Positions 54,226 through 63,721 of a stretch of 64,000 nt of DNA are shown piece after piece; the stretch's first letter is position 1, and each line of letters begins with the position of its first letter. A model generated the notes under the pieces. The model did no database searches, was not told the origin of the DNA, and saw only the letters and a program-made list of their open reading frames with translations. Origin of the DNA: a virus; IMG/VR virus record IMGVR_UViG_3300009158_000001, positions 110,108-174,107 of that record; one strand, given 5' to 3'. A program made the translations under genes and the position numbers.

Positions 54226-55299
54226 ATGTTTTTTAAGTTTGAGGATGCGGTAGCTGCTAATTATCAGCTTACCTATGATGACGTTTTGCTTAATCAAGCG
54301 CCAGTGTCCGACATTAATAGCCGATATGGAGCTAATATTAATCCATATCATAGGAATGAAAATGGTTACTATCAGAAACCTTTTGATGCTTTGCCAATTG
54401 TTGCTAGTCCTATGCCAAGCATTGCTTGTCATGCCTTTATGGATGCAATTACTGACTCCAGCTATAAGCCATTTGCTATCTTCGCTGATAGGTTCAGGCC
54501 TGAACATGAGCTAGATGAAATGTATATGCGAGGCTGTGGCATTAGCATTGGCCTTGACTATCCTATCGATAAGCTACTTCACAAAGTAAGCGAGTATGAA
54601 ATTGCGCATGTCTTAGTTGACATTGCTAATGGTAATCTTGATAGTCTCTATGATTATCTAATCAAGCTTCAAGATCTTCGCTTTGACGAAGGTGTCTTTA
54701 TCTGGGCCGGTAACGTAACAAATGAGCTTGCTTATAGCCGCATTGCTAGTCTGTGTGACTATGTTCGTGTCGGCATTGGCGGAGGTAGTGCATGTACTAC
54801 TCGTATTAATACAGGAGTGGGCGCTGGTAATGTTACTACCCTAGCTCGTTGTAGTGCAGAACGTAAGCGTTTGCTTTATACTTATCCTAAGGATGTAGCT
54901 GCACCTGCTTATATTGTTGCTGACGGCGGAATTCGTAATAACGGTGACGTTTGCAAGGCTCTAGCGTCAGGCGCTGATCTTGTAATGCTTGGCAAGATGC
55001 TTGCTGCTACTACAGAAAGTGCTGCCACTCCAGTAATCAATGAAGCAACTGGAATCTGGTACAAAGAGTATGCAGGTCTAGCTAGCTCCTCTTACAACAA
55101 TAAGAGCAGCATTGAGGGTCAATCTGGTCTTATTCCTATGGGTGAGCCTGTTACCTCCATGCTTAAGGGTCTAGAGGGGAATTTACGGAGTGCTATGAGC
55201 TATACCAATAGTCATACGCTTGCGGAATTCCAAAGTGCGACAAAGCTTATTTGTTCTCCTACTATTACAACTGAAAATAACACTTCACTAGTGAGATAA
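54226..55299 (+). CDS. GMP reductase / IMP dehydrogenase family
   Basis: LTYDDVLL, DIANG, AGNV, VGIGGGSACTTR, ADGGI, GADLVMLG, LRSAMSY. Confidence 0.9.
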   Translation: MFFKFEDAVAANYQLTYDDVLLNQAPVSDINSRYGANINPYHRNENGYYQKPFDALPIVASPMPSIACHAFMDAITDSSYKPFAIFADRFRPEHELDEMYMRGCGISIGLDYPIDKLLHKVSEYEIAHVLVDIANGNLDSLYDYLIKLQDLRFDEGVFIWAGNVTNELAYSRIASLCDYVRVGIGGGSACTTRINTGVGAGNVTTLARCSAERKRLLYTYPKDVAAPAYIVADGGIRNNGDVCKALASGADLVMLGKMLAATTESAATPVINEATGIWYKEYAGLASSSYNNKSSIEGQSGLIPMGEPVTSMLKGLEGNLRSAMSYTNSHTLAEFQSATKLICSPTITTENNTSLVR

Positions 55300-55301
55300 A
55301 A

Positions 55302-55760
55302 ATGGAAGAAGATTTTGATATCAATGCATTTATTGATGAACATGCAGACGAAGATCTTGATACATTATCAATCTTTATCCCTGATGAGCTAAAGGTTGAG
55401 AGTGATGAAGAGGAAGAAGATCTTGGTAAGTACCAACATGAAGAGTTACATAGGTCTACTCTAAGTCTAGTAGCAGCTGTTCATCTTACAGAAGATCGTA
55501 TCACTAGAGATGCTGCTATTGCTGTCTATCCTACGACTAATCCAAAGCAAGAGACTTTATCTTATATTGGTAGCTGGTTTGATTACTATACTGCTGACGA
55601 TAAGAAGTACTGTAATGAAGTTAATCTTTATTTAGAGATTACTGATCTTTCAGACTGGTCTCTTGGTCAAGTTGATATTCTTCAATTTGATTCCCTTAAA
55701 GATTCTAAGCATAGGAATGATCGTAAGATTTATTCTGCACTAATTAACCGAATTCTATAA
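55302..55760 (+). CDS. Acidic hypothetical protein
   Basis: Open frame, operon packing. Confidence 0.7.
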   Translation: MEEDFDINAFIDEHADEDLDTLSIFIPDELKVESDEEEEDLGKYQHEELHRSTLSLVAAVHLTEDRITRDAAIAVYPTTNPKQETLSYIGSWFDYYTADDKKYCNEVNLYLEITDLSDWSLGQVDILQFDSLKDSKHRNDRKIYSALINRIL

Positions 55761-56296
55761 TGCCTAACATCTTTAGCTTATTTAAGTTTAAAGATAAATT
55801 TGGAACTGATATAGAAGAAAAAGTTAAATATAACTTAATAGCTGACAAGCCAACAAGCTTAGTCGGCTATTATTGTTTTGCTTATCTTCATAGTTTAATA
55901 TCTACAGTAGGTACTAACTTTCCCACTGGGTCTTTTGCTGTTACAGAAAAAGATATTAAGAATGTTCATAGAACAATGAATGACTTTGGCATTCTTGGTA
56001 TATATGAATTTTCTTATTTGCCCATTGTTTGTCATTATCTCTGGCGAGATAAGCTTGCTGAACTTCGAGCTAAAAATAAAAAACAAAGATTCCTTATCTT
56101 ATTTGATAAGCAAAGCAAACATTTTGTTTTCTTTTGGTTAAGTTTTAGTTTTAGAAAAGCTAGAGTAAAGCCTAGTTTTCAAGTACTATCTTTAGACACA
56201 CTTAAAAAAGATATTGCAACTGCCAATGCTTGTCAGACTGATAACGCTTTGGGCATTATTAAAGAAGGAAACCTTTTACTTTCGGCTATCGAATGA
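55760..56296 (+). CDS. Hypothetical protein
   Basis: TAATG overlap with the previous gene. Confidence 0.7.
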   Translation: MPNIFSLFKFKDKFGTDIEEKVKYNLIADKPTSLVGYYCFAYLHSLISTVGTNFPTGSFAVTEKDIKNVHRTMNDFGILGIYEFSYLPIVCHYLWRDKLAELRAKNKKQRFLILFDKQSKHFVFFWLSFSFRKARVKPSFQVLSLDTLKKDIATANACQTDNALGIIKEGNLLLSAIE

Positions 56297-56946
56297 TTTT
56301 TAATAAAGAAGTTTTTAATTCATTAATTAATAAACCTACAATTAAAGAATGTGTGAAGTGCGACGCCTTATGTGCGAGTAGAACACAGGTTGTAGTTGAC
56401 AAGTATACTAAGTCTACTGTTGCACCTTGGGAAGAAAAGACTTTGCCTATTATGATTATTGGCGAAGCTCCCGGTGAGACAGAAGATAAAGTTGGTATGC
56501 CATTCATGGGCGTTAGCGGCAAGGTCTTGGACCAATACCTATTAACCCATGAGCTACAATCTTATAGCTACATTACTAATATAGTTAAGTGTAGACCCGA
56601 GAAGAATCGGACTCCAACTACAGAAGAGATTAAGAATTGCGCGCCCTATTTAGAGCAGCAAATTAAAGCTCTTGCTCCTAAGGTAATTATTACTCTTGGT
56701 AAAAGTGCTATGGCTGGTCTTCAGACTATAGGTGAGATAGTCAATCCTAAAACAATTGACTGGAAAAATTCAGAGGTTTCTTCATATTTTAACTTTCAAG
56801 ATATTTGCTACCCAGTTATTCCGATTTATCATCCTAGCTATTACTTAAGACAGAAAAATGCTTTGACGCAAGACCAATGGGCTGCGTTTGAGTCTAATTA
56901 TAATGCTAAATTTTTAAAGATTAAATCTTATATTTCCTATTCTTAA
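56293..56946 (+). CDS. Uracil-DNA glycosylase, family 4
   Basis: CVKC..LC..R, IGEAPG, PFMG.SG, TNIVKCRP, HPSY. Confidence 0.92.
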   Translation: MIFNKEVFNSLINKPTIKECVKCDALCASRTQVVVDKYTKSTVAPWEEKTLPIMIIGEAPGETEDKVGMPFMGVSGKVLDQYLLTHELQSYSYITNIVKCRPEKNRTPTTEEIKNCAPYLEQQIKALAPKVIITLGKSAMAGLQTIGEIVNPKTIDWKNSEVSSYFNFQDICYPVIPIYHPSYYLRQKNALTQDQWAAFESNYNAKFLKIKSYISYS

Positions 56947-56987
56947 ATATATAATGTCTCATTCTACGATTACTTTGTCTCTGAAAT

Positions 56988-57004
56988 GGCCTCCTACGTC
57001 GGCT
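56988..57004 (+). promoter_or_regulatory. Hairpin motif copy 15
   Basis: GGCC-TCCTACGTC-GGCT. Confidence 0.65.
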
Positions 57005-57038
57005 AAATTTTCTGTAGATAAAAACAACGGAGGACAAT

Positions 57039-59012
57039 ATGAGTAAGAAAATGAATATTGATTTTGCTAGCTTTGACGAAAACGAGTATAGCATCCAGCA
57101 CTGGACTCCTGCTTCTCTGGATTACACAGGTGCTTATGGTAATGCAGAAGCTCAGTATGCAGCTGTCAACTTTTTAAATATTGGTGATGTAGGAGATCCT
57201 GAATGGAGAGACGCCCGGAGGCTACCATTTGGAGATGAAGCATTAGATGCTTTTTATCCAGGTAGTAGAACTATTAGTTTTATCCAGTACCCTTGGGAAC
57301 ATCCAGATGCTGACCAGTCAGATGCTGGACCAGTCAATCGGATGATTGAAAGTGATCCTGCTCTTGAGTGGACACTAACTGAGATGAGTAAACTTGAGGC
57401 CAGAGGTGAAGTAGGCTCAGATCGCTACAATGGCCTTGCTAGTATGGTAGCAGAGATCAGAGGATACGAGGCTCGCCAAGTTGAGGAGGAAGGCTTTATT
57501 CATGCTCCCTCGTGGGCAATGGACGCGATTATCTATGCACAAGAACACGCTTATGACGCTGAGGCTACTCGACTAGTAGAGGAGTTTACTGCAAGTGGAG
57601 CTAATGCTGGACGTGTAATCTCGAGTGTACCTTATGCAGATGTTCAGTCTGTCAAAGTGATGCGCGATATCCATGATGAATACGAGATTAAACTTCCTGA
57701 AGGAAGCCGTCAATACGGCTTTGCTCTTAGAGATGGTAGGAAAGTCTTTGGTCCATATGGTCCTAGAATCAGCGCTTTAAAGCTTTATAAGAGTGCTAAT
57801 TCTTTCCAAGGCAATACTTCTGCATTTAGACAAGAAGAAATGCATAAAGTCCTACAGGCAAGCGGAATCCTTCCAGTCTATAACCAAGACAACAAGCTTG
57901 ACTACATTGATCATTTGCCTGTTACTCCAGATAATCTATTAGAAGCTAAGAAGAACTACTCTTATCTTGCTGATGCAATCAATGAAGCTAATGGCATTAC
58001 TGCATTTATTGTCGGCCACATTAAGTTGCTGACCGAAGATCTATACTGGGATAAGCTTAAGCAACACCTAGTATCTGATAGATCTTATAATGACGTTATG
58101 AATTGGAGCGCAGATCTTTCTAAAGATAAAAAGCGTGCAAGTTGTCTTAGGGCTATTGGCCATAGCGGCTTAGAAGAATTGATTGATGATTATCTAACAC
58201 TGAGAACTAAGATTACAGAAAGAATTAATACTAGTTATTATGTTTTGACTGTTGGTAAGAATACACCATTTGCCATTACCTCAAGTAAAGAAGCAGCAGA
58301 CGTATTCAAGACTGGTAATGCAGAAGATGCTATCTACTTTATGTTGCCAAAGAATCTTCAAGAAAAGCTTGGCTATCTTAGTAAGACTATTGAGATGTAT
58401 GGCTATCAAAGTGCAGAGTATGCATCTTGGAAAGACACTGCATTCAAGTATCTAAACAGTCCAAAGTCAAATTACCGCAAAGATACAATTCAAAATCTAA
58501 TTAAGCTATACAATAGCAATAGACGAGTTAAGACAGTAACCAGCCGTACAATGAAAGAGTATGGCTGGCTACTAGGCGAGCTGCCGTTTACTCGTAAAGA
58601 GTTTGACATTTTGAATGATTGCCTTGAAGCTTATGGCAGAGCTATTGTTTCTGCTCAGCAGAAGGTTCCTATCATTCGTCAGGTCTTTGGTCGCCTTAAG
58701 ACTGTTCTAGAGCAAGACATTATCAATGGCCTAGTACCTGAAAGCGCTTTAAAGCAGATTGCAACTTTAGGAACAGCAAGCTTTGTTTATAAAGTTCGTA
58801 ACAGATCACTACCCGAAGATGTAAAGGCCAGGAAATCTTTGTATGATGTAGGCCTTGTTAGCTCAGAAGAGCTAAGATCGGGCAGCTATCTTGCTATTAA
58901 GTTACATTATGAATACGATTTTACAGAACCTAGTGATGTATTTCGTTTTGTAAGTAAATTTAATGCAAGCCCAAATGCAATTAAACTTGCAAACGATAGA
59001 TTAGTTTGTTAA
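57039..59012 (+). CDS. Hypothetical protein (657 aa)
   Basis: SD GGAGGA; terminator-like ACCCTC/GAGGGT + T-tract at about 59025-59049. Confidence 0.85.
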   Translation: MSKKMNIDFASFDENEYSIQHWTPASLDYTGAYGNAEAQYAAVNFLNIGDVGDPEWRDARRLPFGDEALDAFYPGSRTISFIQYPWEHPDADQSDAGPVNRMIESDPALEWTLTEMSKLEARGEVGSDRYNGLASMVAEIRGYEARQVEEEGFIHAPSWAMDAIIYAQEHAYDAEATRLVEEFTASGANAGRVISSVPYADVQSVKVMRDIHDEYEIKLPEGSRQYGFALRDGRKVFGPYGPRISALKLYKSANSFQGNTSAFRQEEMHKVLQASGILPVYNQDNKLDYIDHLPVTPDNLLEAKKNYSYLADAINEANGITAFIVGHIKLLTEDLYWDKLKQHLVSDRSYNDVMNWSADLSKDKKRASCLRAIGHSGLEELIDDYLTLRTKITERINTSYYVLTVGKNTPFAITSSKEAADVFKTGNAEDAIYFMLPKNLQEKLGYLSKTIEMYGYQSAEYASWKDTAFKYLNSPKSNYRKDTIQNLIKLYNSNRRVKTVTSRTMKEYGWLLGELPFTRKEFDILNDCLEAYGRAIVSAQQKVPIIRQVFGRLKTVLEQDIINGLVPESALKQIATLGTASFVYKVRNRSLPEDVKARKSLYDVGLVSSEELRSGSYLAIKLHYEYDFTEPSDVFRFVSKFNASPNAIKLANDRLVC

Positions 59013-59072
59013 TATATTCCCTATACCCTCTTACTGAGGGTTTTATTTATCAACCTATAACCATGGTGTTAT

Positions 59073-59609
59073 ATGAAGTATACTCTACAAGAGTTGTTTG
59101 AGAATTTTGAAATTAGATTTGATCCTAAGTCAGTTTTTGTTGAGACCGAAACTGGCGATTGGCATTATAAGAATGAAACAGTTATTACTGCAGACGAACC
59201 CCATTTAGTTACAATGCCTGTTGTTGCTGAGTGGGAAGAGGGCAGATTGCTTTCATTCCCAGACTTTACAATGCGTATGTCATTGGCAAATCCCAACGAT
59301 CCTGATAGGATTGTTGTTGCAGTAATTCCATTCTCTAGTAAAGTATTTGAGAAAGGAACCTATGAGACACGTGAAGAATCTGATCATGCTTATATGGCAT
59401 GGGAATGGGGTCTTCAGCTTTGGCAGTTTGTATATAACACGGTAAAAAAGACGCCAGCTGCGGCTGAGTGTGCGTTCTTATATCGTAAGTATAACAACGT
59501 ATGCCATGGTTGCTATGGTGACGGCATTGATCCAAATGCTCCTCCTGAGGTTCCTACAGTTTGTTACATCTGTAATGGCTCAGGATACTTTGAGCATGTG
59601 AAGAAGTAA
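59073..59609 (+). CDS. Protein with a C-terminal DnaJ-type zinc finger
   Basis: CHGCYGDG...CYICNGSG. Confidence 0.7.
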   Translation: MKYTLQELFENFEIRFDPKSVFVETETGDWHYKNETVITADEPHLVTMPVVAEWEEGRLLSFPDFTMRMSLANPNDPDRIVVAVIPFSSKVFEKGTYETREESDHAYMAWEWGLQLWQFVYNTVKKTPAAAECAFLYRKYNNVCHGCYGDGIDPNAPPEVPTVCYICNGSGYFEHVKK

Positions 59610-60340
59610 TGGCTTCTCTAACACTAATAATTGCATTACTAGGTGTTGGTGGTCTTACGTATACTCTTCTATCTAGCCTTAATAAGATAATTAAAACAAT
59701 TTATTATTGGGAACGAGAGATTATCTTTACTGATTATGTTAATCCTAAGGAAATTTATATTCAATTTCCAAACGAGGCATTAACTAGTGAAACTCTTTCA
59801 AAGGATATTGAAGTAGATGACCTTCATGAGAGATTCCAATTTGCAGTTAGCGAGAACGAAACTGTCTATGTTCCCTATGCAAGTACACTTGCGGGGATTG
59901 TTGATATCTTTCTAGGTTATAGAAATGTAATCGGCGCGCTGCAGAATGCAGAAGAAGAATATAACGAAGACCCAGAAGAGCTAGAACTGTTTAAGACCGC
60001 TAAGAAGTTTGACTTTCCTAGCGTAATGAATGGAATTGATACCTATAACATGTATACAAAATATACTTTATGGGATCTTGAAGAAGATAAAGAAATTCGT
60101 ATTTCATCTGCTAACGACTACTCTGCTTTTGTTAAACAAGTCATTGACAATAAGTCTAATCTTTCATATAGAACACACTATATGGTCTATAAGAAAGTTG
60201 GTACAAAAGAAAATGGTGAGCTTATAAGTGAATTGACCACTATTTTTAATATTGGCCAAGCTTATAATGATTTATCAAACAGAACCCCAGTAATGGATGT
60301 TACCCATTTGTCGGAGAAGAAGGATGTTGGAAAGAACTAA
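59609..60340 (+). CDS. Membrane-anchored hypothetical protein
   Basis: N-terminal hydrophobic helix. Confidence 0.75.
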   Translation: MASLTLIIALLGVGGLTYTLLSSLNKIIKTIYYWEREIIFTDYVNPKEIYIQFPNEALTSETLSKDIEVDDLHERFQFAVSENETVYVPYASTLAGIVDIFLGYRNVIGALQNAEEEYNEDPEELELFKTAKKFDFPSVMNGIDTYNMYTKYTLWDLEEDKEIRISSANDYSAFVKQVIDNKSNLSYRTHYMVYKKVGTKENGELISELTTIFNIGQAYNDLSNRTPVMDVTHLSEKKDVGKN

Positions 60341-61211
60341 TGATTTAATTCCATGTCTCGATCATGGCTATGTTAAGTTAATTGATGTTATGCCTCATGC
60401 TGATGCAGAAGATCTTTCATTTAATACTAACATTGCTGACTATGCAATTATTGATGCTGCTAGAGTTAGCTACCAGTCAGGTACGACGCGCAAGCAGTCA
60501 GATAAGCAATTGTTACGTTATCTTATGCGCCACTGGCACACCAGCCCTTTCGAGATGGTAGAGTTTAAGTTTGAGATGCGTTTGCCTATCTTTGTTATGC
60601 GCCAGCTAGTTCGTCATAGAACTGCTAGTCTTAACGAGGAAAGCGCACGCTACAGTGTCATGGAAGATGTATTCTATGAGCCTGATACTCTTAGAGCTCA
60701 AAGTACTACTAATAAGCAAGGAAGTGCTGAAGGAGATTTCAATCCCTTCATTGGCCCCAAGGAGACAGCAACAGCAGTTATGAATCATCAAACTGATGAA
60801 GCCTATAAGCTTTATCAGCAGTTGATTGAGACTGGTGTTAGTCGTGAGCAGGCCCGCATGGTACTTCCTGTCAATCTCTATACCCGAGTTGTCTGGAAGT
60901 GTGACTTACTCAATCTTCTTAAAATGCTTAGACTTCGCTTAGATTCTCATGCTCAGTATGAGATCCGCGTATTCGCAGAAGCAATTGCAGAGTTTGTAAA
61001 ACTACATTGTCCTTGGACTTGGGAAGCATTCGAAGACTACTGGCAAGGTGGAGTTACTTTTAGTAAGGTAGAACTAGACGCTTTACGTTATCTCATCCCC
61101 TTTACTGGTAAAGAAGCTTTCAATGCAGCTATTCAAGGAACTAACTTTAGCAAAGGCGAGTTGTTAGAGTTTGAAGAGAAATTTAATAGGATTGCTAATG
61201 GGGATCATTAG
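60324..61211 (+). CDS. thyX: Flavin-dependent thymidylate synthase
   Basis: AARVSY, HTSPFE, QLVRHRTASLNEESARY, ARMVLP, HAQYEIR. Confidence 0.95.
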   Translation: MLERTNDLIPCLDHGYVKLIDVMPHADAEDLSFNTNIADYAIIDAARVSYQSGTTRKQSDKQLLRYLMRHWHTSPFEMVEFKFEMRLPIFVMRQLVRHRTASLNEESARYSVMEDVFYEPDTLRAQSTTNKQGSAEGDFNPFIGPKETATAVMNHQTDEAYKLYQQLIETGVSREQARMVLPVNLYTRVVWKCDLLNLLKMLRLRLDSHAQYEIRVFAEAIAEFVKLHCPWTWEAFEDYWQGGVTFSKVELDALRYLIPFTGKEAFNAAIQGTNFSKGELLEFEEKFNRIANGDH

Positions 61212-61635
61212 AAGAACTCTTAATAGATTTTTTAGCAAGGCGGAAGAAGTGATTGAGTTTACCCCTGAGAAGAATAATTCTAAGTTTGAAATGATTCCAG
61301 GTAAGAAACTTACCTTAGAAGAAGTTATTCAAGAAAATAAAATTATAATTTCCACATTGGATCCTAAACTTATGTTTTTGATCCATCTTGTTTCTGAAGT
61401 TAAACAAGAGGATATGCTACAAACAATAGCTGAGAACTCACTAAATATGGACGATTGGCTTGCCCATATTACTTACAAAACAAAAATGGAAAACTTTAAT
61501 AATCTTCTTAATGGTAGGAATTTAAAGTCACTTGACCCCAATGCTTTAGTTCCCAAAAAACATAGAAAAGAATTTTCAGGGAAAACAATAAAATGCCTTA
61601 CAGATTTGCCGCTACAAAAAAGTCTTTTGAACTAA
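61198..61635 (+). CDS. Hypothetical protein
   Basis: SD AGGA. Confidence 0.65.
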   Translation: MGIIRRTLNRFFSKAEEVIEFTPEKNNSKFEMIPGKKLTLEEVIQENKIIISTLDPKLMFLIHLVSEVKQEDMLQTIAENSLNMDDWLAHITYKTKMENFNNLLNGRNLKSLDPNALVPKKHRKEFSGKTIKCLTDLPLQKSLLN

Positions 61636-62060
61636 CAAGTATAGAAGAAATGAAAAATCATTCTCAGCTTTTTATTATAAAAGAAGAAAATGATTACAAA
61701 GGAGTAGGCTTTGGGTTTGTTTGGGACAGACTAGACCTTGACACGTTCAAGCTTACTTGCTATCACAAAGGAGTCTTTAGTGAAATGAATGAAGAATTCA
61801 AATCACTAATCGAAGAACAACCTTTAGGTATAGTTAATACTATTTTGTTTAAAGAATTATTCAATGTTAGTTATAAGACTAACTCAGTTCCAGACTATAA
61901 AAATTTAGTCTATACTGAAGAAATCAACTTTAAGTTTTTAGAACTTTTTGAAGATGAAAATGTTGTTAATTTTTATATTGCAAGATTAGTTGAAAAATTT
62001 AATTGGAAACTTCAAACTCAAGAGCCAGGTTTTGATACTTGGGAAGATTTTATTATTTAA
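61593..62060 (+). CDS. Hypothetical protein
   Basis: Open frame. Confidence 0.65.
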   Translation: MPYRFAATKKSFELTSIEEMKNHSQLFIIKEENDYKGVGFGFVWDRLDLDTFKLTCYHKGVFSEMNEEFKSLIEEQPLGIVNTILFKELFNVSYKTNSVPDYKNLVYTEEINFKFLELFEDENVVNFYIARLVEKFNWKLQTQEPGFDTWEDFII

Positions 62061-62094
62061 TATTGTAGGAAATAATTAGAACAAAAGAGGAAAA

Positions 62095-62622
62095 ATGTCA
62101 AAGCAATTTCAGATTGTCAAGAAGAGTAGTGCACTCCAGATCTCTTATATTCCAGTAACCACTAAGGATAGTGATTATGGCAAGCAAGTAGAGAAGGAAG
62201 GCGCAGTATATCTCCAGTTTGCTCGTGCGACTGGTGGGAAGAATGAAGGTGGACACAACACCTTTGATTGGGGTAACAAGATTGTTTTTGCTGTAGGCAT
62301 TAACGATATCTATCAGATCCTTAGTTTTTACAACGGCGTAATGAATGGTTGGGTTGACACCTCACAGCGTCAAACTCTAAACCTTATTCATGTTCCACCC
62401 GGAGCTAGTGAGGATAATGTCAAGAAACTTACATTCCAAAGTGGCGTAGATAAGTATCTTGGCACTTACATGCTTACGATGCGTAACGAAGCTGGTGATA
62501 GTATCTCTACGTCAATGACGTCAGGAGAGATGGATATTTTTATCAATCTCTGTCGCACTGCCAGTATCTATATGACTGGTTTGCATCTTGATCTTCACCG
62601 CGAAAGAGAACCTAAGAAGTAA
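62095..62622 (+). CDS. Whirly-like ssDNA-binding protein
   Basis: KKSSAL, EGAVYLQFA.A, FDWGNKIVFAV, IHVP, VKKL align by eye with Whirly motifs KGKAAL, EG.v.LQFAPA, YDW.rKQVFSL, FHDP, VRKVL. Confidence 0.65.
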   Translation: MSKQFQIVKKSSALQISYIPVTTKDSDYGKQVEKEGAVYLQFARATGGKNEGGHNTFDWGNKIVFAVGINDIYQILSFYNGVMNGWVDTSQRQTLNLIHVPPGASEDNVKKLTFQSGVDKYLGTYMLTMRNEAGDSISTSMTSGEMDIFINLCRTASIYMTGLHLDLHREREPKK

Positions 62623-62630
62623 AATCTACT

Positions 62631-63176
62631 ATGAAGAATTTTTATTATAAAGTATTAGATAAAATTCGGACTTATATGTGGACTATGGCTTTCTCCTTTG
62701 GATATAGCTTTAGTCCTAAAATTGGATTCCCATATAGACATGGTCTTTGGACTCATATTGGACTATTTTTTGACGACGAAGAACAGATGATTGTTTATAG
62801 ATATGGATCCACCGAAGGTCCAGATATAGACATGGATAAGACAGATTTCTTTGTCTATAAGTATAAAGAACTGTTGCCTGAAGGTTACGATATCTACACT
62901 AGAACTACTTTTTTACTTGCAAGTCTTGCACTAAAACAGTATACTGCTGGCTTAGGATTTAATAACCTAATGATAGGAACAAAGCTTAGAATCTATACCA
63001 ATAGTCCTTTTGTAGCCGGAGAGCTTCGTAATCACTTAAGTAGATTTAAAGATCCATACGGATACAATCCATATTTCTTCCAAGCAATGGGAATGAAACC
63101 TATGGATCAGCATGGTATTCCCTATAATTTCACACATGAGAATGGAAACTTATTTATAACGTACACCAAAGAGTAA
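62631..63176 (+). CDS. Hypothetical protein
   Basis: Open frame. Confidence 0.7.
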   Translation: MKNFYYKVLDKIRTYMWTMAFSFGYSFSPKIGFPYRHGLWTHIGLFFDDEEQMIVYRYGSTEGPDIDMDKTDFFVYKYKELLPEGYDIYTRTTFLLASLALKQYTAGLGFNNLMIGTKLRIYTNSPFVAGELRNHLSRFKDPYGYNPYFFQAMGMKPMDQHGIPYNFTHENGNLFITYTKE

Positions 63177-63185
63177 AGGATTTTT

Positions 63186-63542
63186 ATGCGCACTGAAAAG
63201 AAAGTTATATATGCAACAGCTCAAGATGGCGAACAAGTTCCAGTTGGAGCTATTTTCCAGAAGATTGTTAATGAGATTAGTAACTCTGAAAAAGTTGCTC
63301 AGTCAAAGGGTAGATTTATTGTCTCCCATTTTATGGATGACCTAATGACTCAAGAAGACCCCTTTTTGAAGTCTCTTGCTATTCTTGGCGGACAAACAAC
63401 AGTAAACGCTTTAGGTGTTCTACTTTTTGTTATGTTCCAAGCAGGTCATACTTTTGGATCTGAGAAATACAATCTTAATCCTGAAGACTTTAAGCACCTG
63501 ATGGATGAAGATCAGGACAACGAGAGCAACGAAGCAGAGTAA
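63186..63542 (+). CDS. Hypothetical protein
   Basis: SD AAGGA. Confidence 0.7.
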   Translation: MRTEKKVIYATAQDGEQVPVGAIFQKIVNEISNSEKVAQSKGRFIVSHFMDDLMTQEDPFLKSLAILGGQTTVNALGVLLFVMFQAGHTFGSEKYNLNPEDFKHLMDEDQDNESNEAE

Positions 63543-63721
63543 AGACAAATTTATTAGAACCAATAATCTATATTAGGAGATTATGTATTATTACTTATTG
63601 AAAAACAAATATGCCATTAAACAGGCTATTGTAATTGCAGCGCCAGTCATTTTTGAGATTGGCCTAAACTTGCTCGCCAAGCACAATGAACGAAAGCTTG
63701 GCAAAACCAAAGAGGTAAATT

